Assembly: GCA_963796105.1 (NCBI GenBank)
Contig: CAWCKJ010000008.1
Coordinates: 138,330-202,329, forward strand
Origin: a candidate division FCPU426 bacterium
Lineage (GTDB): Bacteria; Oederibacteriota; Muellerivitia; Muellerivitales; Muellerivitaceae
Direction: 5' to 3'
Length of the DNA stretch: 64,000 nt
Shown piece by piece: positions 43,247-55,744 of the stretch; within the stretch, counting starts at the first letter, position 1; every line of letters starts with the position of its first letter. The notes below the pieces were generated by a model. It was not told where the DNA came from. It was given only the letters and a program-made list of their open reading frames with translations, and did not search any database. The position numbers were made by a program, and so were the translations under genes.

Positions 43247-44232
43247 TATGCTTATGCACAAAGTGACCGTGCTGTAATGGGTTTTGCTAAGGCACATGCG
43301 GTCAAAGCACGGTGAAATAAGGAATCGGGATCATGACGACGGTTGAACCGATAGGCATATTCACTTAGATACCGGCCTAAATACTTAGCATCAACGCCAT
43401 GATGAGTTCCAATGATCCAGGCCTTGGCGTTGGAAATGAACCGGTGTACCCAGGGCAACCAACTTTCCAACTCTTTCGGGTCATTGGCCATCACCCGGTA
43501 GTCTGCCTCCACTCCTTTGAGTTCACGCAAGGCTGGCGAAGCATCTGTGTTGAGGAAAGAGCCTTTTTCCATAGTCTGATTCACGAATTCCTGGCTCTCC
43601 CACTTGGTTTCCATAGCTACCTTCACCTTGGCAAAACCCGCTTTTTCCTTCTTGCAACCATTCTCATCCACCCATTCCTTGCTTTCCACCGCCACCAAGA
43701 CTTCCACTTGGTTTTCCTTGGCCTTTTTCCCAAAAACCGCCCCATCCAACTCAATGACGCCCTTTAGAGTATAGCTTTCGTCCTTTTGCCTAAGACCTTC
43801 CCGGATCTTATGCAATAGAAGCCATGCCGAATGATCCGAAAGATTTAAATGCCGCTTCAGTTCCAGGGCCGAAATACCCCGTTTGCCCTGCATCATCAAA
43901 CTGATGGCCCTGACCCAGGTTAAAAGAGGCAGCTTGGAGCTTTCAAAAATCGTCCCGGCGCGAAGCCGAAGACGTTTCCGGCAATAGTCACATTCCCTCA
44001 CTTCAGGCTTGGCCTGGTGTTGCCAGAAGCTTTCGCCCTCACATTGGGGACAAACAAAGTCTTTCCCGCCGAAACGGCATCTCCACACCCATTGGCGGGC
44101 TTCTTCTTCCGTGTGGATTTTCCTCAGAATTTTAATGCTTTTCATCCGCTGGTAGCTCATGTACCACCTCCCGTAGCGGACAGTATACCTATGTATTCCT
44201 TTATTTCAAGGGTCACTTAATACAGAAGCATG
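43247..44232 (-). mobile_element. IS1595-family element B, copy 2 (transposase 43252-44160)
   Basis: Protein identical to copy 1; flanked by AAATATTT on both sides. Confidence 0.96.
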
Positions 44233-47200
44233 AAATATTTATGTGGCGGATTGGACGAATCAGAGGGTGGACAAGTGGTACTCCTGTGGAATGGTTCCCA
44301 CGATGACTCCTACGATAACATTGACTCCCACTCAGACTTACACCAATACCAATACTTGGACTTACACCCCGGATGTAACCCAAACCATGTCCAATACGCC
44401 TGTTATTACCAACACCCCTTTAAGCACTTTCACCTTTACGAATACGGCGACCTATACCGCCACTTACACATACACCGCTACTTACACAAATACCTTTACC
44501 AACACGATGTCATACACCCCTACCTTTTCCTATAGCCCGACCCCTACCGGCAGTCCGTCGCCCATTTCAACGTCAACCTTCACTCCTATTTACACTAATA
44601 CAAGCACTTTAACCCCCACCATCACATTAACACCTGTTAATTGCACCCTTTCCTTGATAACGGATAATTCCATGAATGGCCCGGAGGCGGTGGGGGTTGA
44701 TGCTCAAGGGAATATTTATGAGGTCGAATCGGGTTCCAACCAGCTTCAGGTGTTTAATTCATCGGGTGTTTCCACCAACTCCTGGGATGGTTCTTCCTCC
44801 GGCGTGGTTTTTAACGATCCTGAAGGCTTAGCGGTGGACTCGAATAACCAAATGGTTTACGTGAGCGATACGGGAAATGCCCGGATCGTGGTTTTCAGCC
44901 TGGCCGGCAATTACCAGTCGCAATGGAGCACTTCTATAAACGGGCAGATGAGTTCCCCGGAGCAGATAGCAGTACCAGGGGACGGCTATGTCTATGTGGC
45001 TGATGCCGCCGCAGGGCTCATATTGAAATACCTGCCGAATGGGACTCTATTCAATCAATTCACCGGATCGGGTAACGGGTTGCTGGTGAATCCCACGGGC
45101 GTGGCGCTGGATACCTCTTACAACCTTTATGTCGCCGACATGGGGACCAACCAAATAGTGGCCCTGAATCCCTCCGGCGGTGTTATCACCACCTGGGGAA
45201 TTTTCGGAACCGGGATAGGACAGTTTATCGATCCGGAGGAAATATTGGTGGCGCCAGATTCCATCGCTGGTCTCGCGCAGGCGGTTTACGTGGCGGATTC
45301 CGGCAACGCCAGGGTGCAGGAATTCGATCCATCCGGCAATTTCATCAACCAAACAACGGGAGCGGGATTTTACCAGGCTGGTTTGGGCGACCCGTCTGGA
45401 ATTTGCGTGAGGGATTCCAGCCACATCTATGTCGCGGACAATGAAAATAATAATATCACCGTATTCGGATTATGTTCCGGCATCATTACCCCGACCTTTA
45501 CCATCACCTTAACCCCGACCTATACATCCACCCCGACCCCCACTGGCACTTACCCGACCTTCACGCCAACCAACACTTCCACTTCCACCATTACCGACAC
45601 CTTTACCATTACGAATACGCCCACGAATTCATTTACGATCACGCCATTCTCCACTTCAACCCCGGTATTCTCATCCACGCCTACCTACAGCCCCTCGATC
45701 ACATACACCCCCAACAGCTTCTCGCAAACGGGCGTGTGCCTGTCGTTCTCGAACAGCTTCATGTCCCCCAATTCCAACGATATCAATGGAAGCGCTGTGG
45801 ACGGGAACGGCAACCTTTACTTGTCCCAAAACGATATCGTAGTGTTGAATGCTCAGGGATCCGCGTTAACGGAGTGGGGCGGCACAGTGCTCCAGTATCC
45901 TGAGGGGTTGGCGGTCAACAACGCCGTGAGTCTTGTGTACGTTGTGGACGGTGATGCCAATCAAGTGGATGTGTTCAATTGGCAGGGAGTCCTTCAGACC
46001 CAGTTCTCAGCCGTTTCCAACGGGACCACCCTCAACAACCCCACGGGAATCGCCCTGGACGGCAGTGGAAACGTGTATGTGTCTGACACGGACAACAACC
46101 AAGTGGGGGTATTTGGACAGGCGGGAAATCCCTTGACCGTCATTACTGGCTTAAATTCACCCGAGGGGATCGCGGTGGACGGCGGGGGAAATATCTATGT
46201 GGGAGAAGCCGGGTCGGCCCAGGTGACCAAATTCAACTCCGCCTTCCAGAGGCTTTTTAGCTTCAATGGGAATGGCGCGGTGGGAGAACCCTATGAGATG
46301 AAAACCGATTCCATGAATTTATTGTGGGTAGGCGACGGCCAGAACGACCAATTGATGGTGTTCAACTCAAACGGAGCCCTGTTGAATAGTTTCTCGGGTC
46401 CCGATATCGGCGGGGCTTCTTTCGACATGCCCATGGTTTCGGTCGATTCCCAGGAAAATGTCTATGTCCCGGACACGACCGGGTCCTTGATCCAGAGATT
46501 CACCTTCTGTGAGGCGACTAACACCCCTACGGTGACTTTAAGCCCTACCATTACCAACACTCCGACTTTCACCTACACCTTCACACCATCGCCGACCCCC
46601 ACTATCACACTCACCTTTACCATTACCCCCGCCCTGGAATCCAAGGCCACCGCAACCTTGACGCCAACGGGCACCTTCCCCACGGGCACCCCGACCGGAT
46701 CGGCCACGCCGACGCCGACCCCCACCCAGGCCATTGCCTACACCCCTGTGCCAGGCGCTTACATTTCCCGCATCAACGTGGCGGGGGAATTTTATAACGA
46801 TGCCCAATCGAATTACTGGATGGCGGACCAGGGTTACGAGCCGGGCGGCGGCGCCGGTTTTGTCGTGGATTCGGATCCCTATTACACCACGGACATAGTC
46901 ACGGGCACCTCGGATCAACCCCTTTACAATACTTTCGTGGCCGGGACCGATATCGAGTATAAATTCGACGTGGCTCCCGGTATCTACCAGGTGAAGTTGA
47001 AGATGTTCGACGCCTTTTACCAACAAGCCGGGCAGGGGATTTTCAGCGTGACGGCCAATGGAACCACCATGGTTTCCAACCTGGACCTTTACGCCGTTTC
47101 GGGGTATTTCAACGCTTATGATGTCACTTTCTTGGTGACGGTCTTAAATTCCACCCTCGATTTGGCGTGGAGTTCCAGCGCGGGACTGGCAACCGTCTCT

Positions 47201-47271
47201 GCCATTCAGGTATCCGGCATGTCGGTAATCCCTTCGCCCACATTCACCTATCCGCCAAATTTTACCCCCCC

Positions 47272-48993
47272 GCCCACGCCTTGCTTGACCTATGTTTCCC
47301 GGGTGCAAGTGGGGAATTGGCCGATAGCGGCTGCGGTCGATCCCTTGGGTAAAGTGTATGAGCTGGAATACAGCGGAGATGAAATCCAGGTATTCAATTC
47401 AGCCGGAGTATTCCTGAACAAGTTCGGGAGCCAAGGAACCGGGTTGGGCCAGTTTGAAAAGCCGTTGGGAATGGTGATAGGGCTCAATGGGAACCTTTAT
47501 GTGGTGGAAGGGGACGGCGCTAACCACCGGGCGCAGGAATTGACAACGGCCGGTGTGCCAGTAACGGCGTGGACCGGATCTGCGGCCGGGGGAAACTTTG
47601 TAGCGCCCCGTTCCATCGGGGTGGATGCCGCGGGAAACATCTATGTCGCGGACGGGAACACCATTCAAATCTTCGACCAAAACGGGAATTACTTGAAGAA
47701 GTGGACCAAGCAAGCCGGTTCATTGGAGAATCAAGCGGCTGGGTTTATGGGAATCGCGGTGGATGGGAATGGAAATGTTTATTTGGGTGATCTAAACCAA
47801 AGGGTGGACGTGTTCGACAATAACGGGAATTTCCTGAGGATGTGGGGCAGTTCGGGAAGCAACCCGGGGCAGTTCAACAACATATGGGGAATGCAACTTG
47901 ACACCCAGGGAAGGTTGTGGGTGTGGGAGGACACTGGGAACCGGGTGCAGGTGTTCGACAAGTACGGGGATTTCCTGTACCAATACAACCATCCTGGCGG
48001 GGGTGCTGGGCAGTTCTCCCGTCCGTTGGGGTTCACGGTGAAGCCGGACGGGTCGGCCTATGAGGCGGACTGGAATACCGGAGATTTGCAGTATTTCTTG
48101 CCCTGCGGGACCGTGCCAACCATGACACCCACCATGACTCTTATGCCCACGCCTTGCCTGACCTATGTTTCCCGGGTTCAAGTGGGGAATAGCCCAATTG
48201 CGGCGGCGGTTGACTCCTCTGGAAATGTTTATGAGTTGGAAGATGGCGGTAATGAAATCCAGGAGTTCAGTTCGGCCGGAGTATTCCTGAACAAGTTTGG
48301 GAGCCATGGGACTGGTCTGGGCCAGTTCGAGAATCCATTGGGTATGGTGATAGGGCCCAATGGGAACCTTTATGTGGTGGAAGGGGACGGCGCTAATCAC
48401 CGGGTGCAGGAATTGACATCGGCCGGTGTGCCTGTAACGGCATGGACTGGGTCTGTGGCGGGTGGAAACTTCACGAATTGCCGTTCCATTGGGGTGGATG
48501 GGAATGGAAACATTTATGTTGGTAACAACAACACCATTCAAATTTTCGATCAAAATGGGAATTACCTGAAGAGTTGGTCAAAGCAGAGTGGCTCGTTGGA
48601 AAACCAAGCGAATGGATTTATGGGAATCGCGGTGGATGGGAATGGAAATGTTTATTTGGGTGATCTAAACCAAAGGGTGGACGTGTTCGACAATAACGGG
48701 AATTTCCTGAGGATGTGGGGCAGTTCGGGAAGCAACCCGGGGCAGTTCAACAACATATGGGGAATGCAACTTGACACCCAGGGAAGGTTGTGGGTGTGGG
48801 AGGACACTGGGAACCGGGTGCAGGTGTTCGACAAGTACGGGGATTTCCTGTACCAATACAACCATCCTGGCGGGGGTGCTGGGCAGTTCTCCCGTCCGTT
48901 GGGGTTCACGGTGAAGCCGGACGGGTCGGCCTATGAGGCGGACTGGAATACCGGAGATTTGCAGTATTTCTTGCCCTGCGGGACCGTGCCAAC
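47272..48993 (+). repeat. 873-bp tandem duplication of one NHL propeller module
   Basis: PTPCLTYVSRVQVG...YFLPCGTVPT occurs twice; 47744-48120 appears identical to 48617-48993. Confidence 0.92.
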
Positions 48994-50494
48994 GATCACC
49001 CCAACCCCCACCCTGATGTCCACGCCCTGCGTGCAATTCCAGGGGGTGCGGATCAGCGGGAGCGTTCTCAACAATCCCTACGGTGTTGCGGTAGGGCCGG
49101 ATGGGAACATCTACGAGGGTGATTGGTCCGGGAAAAAGGTGCAGGTGTTCAGCCCAATGGGTTTGTGGCAGAGGAGTTTTGGAGTGACCTACCCAAGCGG
49201 GATGGTGTTCGGCTCCGACGATAATTTATATGTGTCTCAGTATTCCATGAACCAAGTGGGGGTTTACAACCCGCAAACCGGGCAGGCGGTGGCGACGATC
49301 GGGAGTGGATTAGTCAATAGCCCGGCTGGCGAGTGCTTTGACAGCGCGGGATACTTGTACGTGGCGGATAGCGGACACCACAGGGTGTTGAAGTTTAATA
49401 CCGCTACCGGCGGGGTGTCACAAGTGTTTGGGGCTGGCGTTACGGGACCGTACCTGGGAGAAATAAGTAATCCCGACGGGATCGCGCTGGATGGGCAGGG
49501 GAACCTGTATGTGGCCGATGTGTACGTTAATCCCGGGGATACTTCTCGTATCCAGGTATTCGCGCCCAACGGGGTGGCTTTACGGCAATGGGGTAGTTAT
49601 GGGAGCGGAGTAACGCAGTTTTCGGATGATGTCAAGCTGTTGATGGGCGGGAATGGGTTGTTGTGGGCGGTGGACCGGGACAACCATAGGATCGAGATTT
49701 ATGATTTCTACGGGAATTTACAGGAGACGATCGGGCCCGCCGTGAGCGGGTTGTCGGGCGGCTTCGGCGACGTGGGAGATATAGCGTTTGGGGCGAATGG
49801 GCAGGTATGGGCGACCGAGTTCTGGAACAACCGGGTGGATTCTTTCTTCTTTTGTAACCAGTCCTCAAATATCATGCCGATTCCCACGCCGGCGCCCGGC
49901 ACTTACATCCTCCGCCTGGACAGCGGCTCCTCACAAACCTATAGCGATCCCAACTCCAACCTTTGGCTCTCGGACCAGGCCTATGCCTCGGGCGCATACG
50001 GCTATACCCAAGGCGGGTCGGTTTATACCACGACTACCACCGTATCCGGTACCAATAGCCCGGCCCTGTATCAAACTTACCGGGCTGGCTCCACCCTCGC
50101 CTACAGCTTCGCCTTGCCGGCGGGACATTACCAAGTGACCCTCAAGTTCGCGGATTTCATCAGCACCGGGGCCGGGCAGAACGTTTTCAACGTGGCCCTC
50201 AATGGAACGGCCATGAGCCAGGGTTTGGATATCTTTGCCGGGGTGGGATCAGCGGTGGCCACCGATCGAAGCTACCGGGTGGATATCACGGGAATCACTC
50301 CCTTGACCCTGCAACTGTCCGCCACTCAAGGCCAGGCCTTCCTTTCGGCCATCGAGATCAAGGGCCTTCAGGCCAATGTGAACTCGTTAATAAATTATTT
50401 CTACTCACCAGGCGGTGGGTCGTTGCTTCCTTAAGCCGGAAAGAATCCGCTTTGTTTTAATGATTTAATTTGAGTATTGAACGGAGAAGTGGAA

Positions 50495-53400
50495 ATGCGG
50501 TTGAAAAATAAAAAATACAGGCTTTATTTTTTGCGGCTGGTTTTGTCCTTCCTCATGGTCCTGGGGAATCCAATGCCCTTCATCGCGGCGATGGCCTCCC
50601 TCTCCCTGAGGGCGGCGCTTCCGGCTTTCGCGGCCTCTTTGCTTTTCTCCGCCAGAAGGGCTTATGCCCGCGTGGCCTATGCCAATCCCGGGCGGGCGGT
50701 GGATTTGAGCCGCTTCAACCTCAGCAACGACCCCACGGACGAGGACTTCCAAAAGGTAAAGGCTTTTGACGAGCCCTTCGTGCCTTTGGAGATTCCCGCG
50801 GACCCGAATGAGAACGCTGATTTGGCCAAGGCCTTGAACCAGGAAGTTTCAGACAAAGCGGACGAATCCCTCCAGGTTCTGGGGGATTTTGTGGCCCAAC
50901 ATCCCCATAGCCGGTGGGTCTTGTCCGTGGAACTAAACAGGGGACTGGCCCTCGCGCGGAGGGGTTATTTTACAAAGGCGCTGAAGGCCTTTCAGACAGC
51001 CTGGGACGCGGGTCAAAAGGGGACCGGGACCGCCGGAAATTTGGCCGACCATGCCCTTTCGGAATTAATGCGAATGGAAAGCCGGGTGGGGCTCCAGGAC
51101 GAATTAAAAAGCGAGTTGGAACTGATGAAAGGCCGCACTCCCCAAGGCTTGGCGGCGCGCCAAACGGAGGAGGCCCGGATGGCCCTGGGAGCCATGCAAA
51201 AACACCCGGATAGGGCCTTCAGGTGCGGATCACAAGCCCTTGAAAGAATATTGGCTTTTAAAAAATCAAAAAAAGCCCAGGATTCCTTGTTCATGCAAAC
51301 GAAATCCACTGAAAAAGGGATTTCTTTGGATCAGGTTTACGGCCTTTCGGAACAATTAGGGATGGGAATGCAAATGGCCAAAAGGGAACCGGGGGCGAAG
51401 GTCCTGTTGCCGGCCGTGGTGCATTGGAAACTGGGGCATTACGCGGCCTTGTTGGAGGAAAAAAACGGAATGATCCGGTCCCAGGACACCGCGTTTATGA
51501 ACGAGATTTGGATTTCGGAAAAAGCCTTGAACGAGGAATCTTCCGGTTATTTCCTGGTGCCGGGGGGAGGCCTGCCGGCAGGGTGGAGTCCCGTCAATAT
51601 GGACGAAGCGGCGACAATTTGGGGAAAGGGTGGTACCGATGGTTCGTCTCCACCCCCACCCTGCGGGGGAGGTCCCACTAGCGGCGGCGGCGGTGCTCAA
51701 GGGGGTACATGCGGTATGCCTAGGACCAACATTGACTTGGCCACGACCTCGGCCATGGTGGTGGATACACCCCTATGGTACAAGCCGCCTGTAGGCCCGG
51801 AAATGCGCTTCATGTTGACCTACCACCAAAGGACGCCGGACGCTCTGCCCTACACCAACTTCGGGACCAATTGGAATTTTAACTGGCAGGGTTTTATCGA
51901 ATATTCATTTAGCGGCTCCCAGGCCTCAAATTACATCCTTGTGGCAAGGGGCGGGGGGGAAGACCCTTTTTCTGGACCGGGAGGGACCACCAAATATCTG
52001 ACCTACCTGGTCAATGCCACGACGACCTTTTCAAGCGGCCCGGCGGCTGGTTTGCCCTCGGCCTTCACCGTGCAAAAGCCTGACGGGGGAATGGAAACAT
52101 ACGGGCTGGGCTTCGCAAACCCGGGCGGCCTAGTCAAATGCTTATTGACCCAGATGACCGATCCCCAGGGCAACAATATGACGATTCAATACGATTCAAT
52201 GAACAGGATCCAGAGTGTCACAGACGCCCTGGGGCAACAAAGCACCTTCAGCTACGGCGCTGACAATTATTTCAAGGTCACTCAGATCACTGATCCTTTC
52301 GGTCGACACGCGAATTTCACCTATGATATTCATGGCTTCCTGCAATCCATCACTGACCAGCTGGGCCTGACCAGCAGTTTCACCTATATCATGTTGGACC
52401 CGGCGGCTTCGGGAGGTACTGCGGGAACTATGGTGCACGTATTTTCTGACGCGGTGTTGAGCATGACCACTCCCTACGGTACGACCACCTTCGATTACTC
52501 GGGTACGGATGATACTCTCAACAAACAAGAAGTGGAAATCACAGACCCGCTTGGTCAAAAAGAGCACGCCAAATATTTTGACTCCGGCACCATACCGGAT
52601 GATAACTTAAACCCGCCCGCGGGGATCATGGCTGACGCAAATCCCGGCAGTTTATTGAGCATGAGGAATGTATTTTACTGGGACAAGAAAGCCATGGAGG
52701 ACGATCCCTTGGATCCCAACTCGGCAACCATCTATCACTACCTGCATACGTCCTCGGATCTTTCGGTGAGGGCCCTGGTGCTGGGAAGCTGGAAAAAGCC
52801 GCTGGAAAACAGGGTTTATTTCGGTTACACAGGGCAATATGACGGCTACCAGGAGTCCAGCGACCTGATGCCTCCCCTGCCCAACGTTGTGGCGAGGTAC
52901 CTGGCTGACGGCAGCACCCAGGCCTACCATTACACTTATAACATCTTGGGGAAAAAGACGAGTTATATGGACCCTAAGGGAAGAAATTTTATTTACGACT
53001 ACGCGAATAACGGTATTGACCTGTTGGACGTGAAGGATGGAAACGGGGACATGCTGGCGGCCTATGGCAACTACGCGAACCACAAGCCGGGGACCTATAC
53101 CGACACGGCGGGACAAGTGTGGAGCTACCAGTACAACGCAGCGGGGCAGATGACTTCGATGAGGGCGCCCCAGGGCGAGACGACGTCTTACAACTATGAC
53201 TCGAACGGATTTTTAACTTCCGTGGTATCATCCCAGCCAGGGGCGGGAGTAACCTACACTTATGACAATTGTGGAAGGACGCATACCAGGTCAGACGCCG
53301 CCAATGGAACCCTTGTTTATCATTACGACAACGGGGATCGTGTAACGAGAATCGATTTCCCGGATTTGACGCATGAGACCTATTCCTACGCCAAGCTGGA

Positions 53401-55723
53401 CTTGGTCTCCTTCACGGACAGGCAGAACCGCACGACCGGCTACCAATACGACGCAGTCCAAAGGTTGACAGCTGTGACCGACCCCAAACAGCAATCCACC
53501 GGTTATGGCTGGTGCGCCTGTGGGGCATTGGCAAGCCTAACCGACCCGAAAGGAAACAAGACCTCCTGGAACAGGGATCTGGAAGGACGTGCCATCAGCA
53601 AGACCTACCAAGACGGGAGCCAATACATTTACCAGTATGATTCGGCTGGCGAGCGGTTGTTCCAAGTGACGGACCCCAACCAGCAAGTGACCCAGTACAA
53701 GTATGATACGGATGACAAGGTACTGAACGTAAATTATTTCAACGTGAAGGCGGCCACCCCAAGCGTTTCTTTGGCCTACAACGACCCACAATTGGGTCGT
53801 TTGACGAACATGACGGACAGTACTGGAACCTCCACATACCAGTATTACCCGCTTAATGGTGGGCAATTAGGCGCGGGTCGTATACATACAATCACCCAGC
53901 CGGTCGGGGGAACGACGGCGACCATTGAGTACACTTACGACGCGGATATGCGCGTGGCCTCCCGCTCGATTGACGGCTCCACCGAGTCTTATAACTATTC
54001 CAACGGGGAATTAGTGGGGGTTTCCAACCCCCTGGGGGCTTTTACTTATGGCTACGATTCGGCATCCGCAAGACTTTCCAACGTGGGTTATCCAAACGGG
54101 CAGGGTGTGACCTTCGGTTATTTTGGCCCTTCCGATCCCTTGGGGGCCGGGAGGCTCAAGGACATCACCAACATGGGGGCCGGGGCTACGGCGGGACAGG
54201 TGCTTTCCAAGTTCGACTATGCCTACGACCATGTGGGTGACATCACGCAATGGACGAAACAGCTTGGGGCAAGCCCGACAACCGACGAGCGCACCATGAC
54301 GATGGGGTATGATCCGGCCAGCCAGCTTTCTGCGGTCACCCAGGTTTATGGGAGCGGAAGCCCTAGCCAGAGCGTGACTTTTGGGTATGACGCTTCGGGA
54401 AACAGAACTAGCGAACAGCTTTCCACGAGCGGGCCTGGTTCCTACACTCACACCTTTGGCACCAACAATTTGAACCAATTGACCAGTGAAACGGATAACC
54501 CCATCAGTATCATCGGGTCCACCAGTTTGCCAGCTACCGTCACGGTGAACAGTGCCAGTGTGACGGAAGATGCCGGTAGTAATTTTTCGACCTCCATTCT
54601 GCCGGTGGCGGGAACATCCACGCCTTTGACAGTGCGATCCATTGCGGCGGATGGGCAGGTTACGACCAGCAAGTTCCACGTCTTGAATGCCGCGCCGTTT
54701 ATGACAGACGCGAACGGCAATTTGACGAATGACACGGATAAAAGCTACGGCTGGGATGCCGCCAACCGCTTGGTACAAATCAATTTCCTGGGTGCCAGGC
54801 CCGCCACGATGGTAGACAACATCCAAATGTCTTATGACGGCTTTGGGCGTAGGGTGTCCATCACGGAAAAGCACGGCAATACTGTTCTAAGCGACAAACG
54901 GTTTGTGTGGTGCGGGGCGGAGCTTTGCCAGGAGAGGGACGCCACGGGAAGTACTGTGACCAAACAGTTCTTCAAATTGGGAGAGAGGATTGGCGCGACC
55001 AATTACTATTACACGAAGGACCACCTGGGCAACATGAGGGAGATGACGGATTCGGGCGGGACGGTGCGAGCCCGTATGGAGTACGACGCCTATGGGCGTT
55101 CCACGAAACTTTCCGGGGACATGGACGCCGATTTTGGGTACACAGGATTTTACGTCAACAAGACCACTGGCCTAGACCTGACTTGGTTCAGGGCCTACGA
55201 CCCTGAAAAAGGAAGATGGCTCAACCGCGATCCGATGGGCGAGCGTATCGGAAATCTCTATTCGATGGTTTGGAACAACCCGCTCAAATGGACAGACCTA
55301 TTGGGATTATGTGGAGGCGGCGGCTCCAACCAACCGGGCACCGGAAATCCGGGTGGGGGTGGTGGTCCCTATTATGGAAGTGAAAATCCAAATGGGTATC
55401 CAACTCCGACCGATACACCAACGCCAATGCCAACACCTACACCGGCACCACCACCAACGCCTACACCGGTACCAAGTCCCTGGACTCCAGAGGATATAAA
55501 TGTACGTAATGAGCAATCTGAAGGGATAGATGTATGGGGTGCCGTATTAGCCGCTGGAATTGATTTGGCGGTGACAGTAGCTGTGGGGGCCGCCGTGGGA
55601 TCGGGTGCTGGATTGCTCGCTGGGGTTATCATCCTCTTGGTGACTCCTGAAGTCTTGGGTTATGAACCAAGCGTATATCCGCCAGAACCAGGAAGCACGC
55701 CAAGCCAGTGTCATTCTAATTAA
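50495..55723 (+). CDS. RHS/YD-repeat protein with signal peptide, C39-peptidase-like domain, RHS core and 137-aa C-terminal tip
   Basis: YD repeats; core YYYTKDHLGN...RAYDPEKGRWLNRDP...NNPLKWTDLLGL; C39-like RCG...VVHWKLGHY...QD at about 51215-51560. Confidence 0.92.
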   Translation: MRLKNKKYRLYFLRLVLSFLMVLGNPMPFIAAMASLSLRAALPAFAASLLFSARRAYARVAYANPGRAVDLSRFNLSNDPTDEDFQKVKAFDEPFVPLEIPADPNENADLAKALNQEVSDKADESLQVLGDFVAQHPHSRWVLSVELNRGLALARRGYFTKALKAFQTAWDAGQKGTGTAGNLADHALSELMRMESRVGLQDELKSELELMKGRTPQGLAARQTEEARMALGAMQKHPDRAFRCGSQALERILAFKKSKKAQDSLFMQTKSTEKGISLDQVYGLSEQLGMGMQMAKREPGAKVLLPAVVHWKLGHYAALLEEKNGMIRSQDTAFMNEIWISEKALNEESSGYFLVPGGGLPAGWSPVNMDEAATIWGKGGTDGSSPPPPCGGGPTSGGGGAQGGTCGMPRTNIDLATTSAMVVDTPLWYKPPVGPEMRFMLTYHQRTPDALPYTNFGTNWNFNWQGFIEYSFSGSQASNYILVARGGGEDPFSGPGGTTKYLTYLVNATTTFSSGPAAGLPSAFTVQKPDGGMETYGLGFANPGGLVKCLLTQMTDPQGNNMTIQYDSMNRIQSVTDALGQQSTFSYGADNYFKVTQITDPFGRHANFTYDIHGFLQSITDQLGLTSSFTYIMLDPAASGGTAGTMVHVFSDAVLSMTTPYGTTTFDYSGTDDTLNKQEVEITDPLGQKEHAKYFDSGTIPDDNLNPPAGIMADANPGSLLSMRNVFYWDKKAMEDDPLDPNSATIYHYLHTSSDLSVRALVLGSWKKPLENRVYFGYTGQYDGYQESSDLMPPLPNVVARYLADGSTQAYHYTYNILGKKTSYMDPKGRNFIYDYANNGIDLLDVKDGNGDMLAAYGNYANHKPGTYTDTAGQVWSYQYNAAGQMTSMRAPQGETTSYNYDSNGFLTSVVSSQPGAGVTYTYDNCGRTHTRSDAANGTLVYHYDNGDRVTRIDFPDLTHETYSYAKLDLVSFTDRQNRTTGYQYDAVQRLTAVTDPKQQSTGYGWCACGALASLTDPKGNKTSWNRDLEGRAISKTYQDGSQYIYQYDSAGERLFQVTDPNQQVTQYKYDTDDKVLNVNYFNVKAATPSVSLAYNDPQLGRLTNMTDSTGTSTYQYYPLNGGQLGAGRIHTITQPVGGTTATIEYTYDADMRVASRSIDGSTESYNYSNGELVGVSNPLGAFTYGYDSASARLSNVGYPNGQGVTFGYFGPSDPLGAGRLKDITNMGAGATAGQVLSKFDYAYDHVGDITQWTKQLGASPTTDERTMTMGYDPASQLSAVTQVYGSGSPSQSVTFGYDASGNRTSEQLSTSGPGSYTHTFGTNNLNQLTSETDNPISIIGSTSLPATVTVNSASVTEDAGSNFSTSILPVAGTSTPLTVRSIAADGQVTTSKFHVLNAAPFMTDANGNLTNDTDKSYGWDAANRLVQINFLGARPATMVDNIQMSYDGFGRRVSITEKHGNTVLSDKRFVWCGAELCQERDATGSTVTKQFFKLGERIGATNYYYTKDHLGNMREMTDSGGTVRARMEYDAYGRSTKLSGDMDADFGYTGFYVNKTTGLDLTWFRAYDPEKGRWLNRDPMGERIGNLYSMVWNNPLKWTDLLGLCGGGGSNQPGTGNPGGGGGPYYGSENPNGYPTPTDTPTPMPTPTPAPPPTPTPVPSPWTPEDINVRNEQSEGIDVWGAVLAAGIDLAVTVAVGAAVGSGAGLLAGVIILLVTPEVLGYEPSVYPPEPGSTPSQCHSN

Positions 55724-55744
55724 ATTATTTTTGGGGCTTTCTCC

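Larger units (their letters stand above)
39953..50434 (+). pseudogene. Giant secreted/surface protein (~2830 aa reconstructed): N-terminal hydrophobic segment, FN3-like domain, TP linkers, 6 NHL beta-propellers, 2 malectin-like domains; split by two IS1595 copies and a frameshift
   Basis: Removing 42251-44240 and adding one G at 42185-42191 gives a continuous ORF (...GQFNSPYALDIDPNGNIY/VADWTNQRVDKW...); malectin motifs RINVAG..Y.D..N.W.AD, Y.V.L.F. Confidence 0.88.

Noticed and set aside
47272..48993. DGR template/variable repeat pair
   Set aside because: Mismatches are not adenine-specific, both copies are coding, and no reverse transcriptase is in the window
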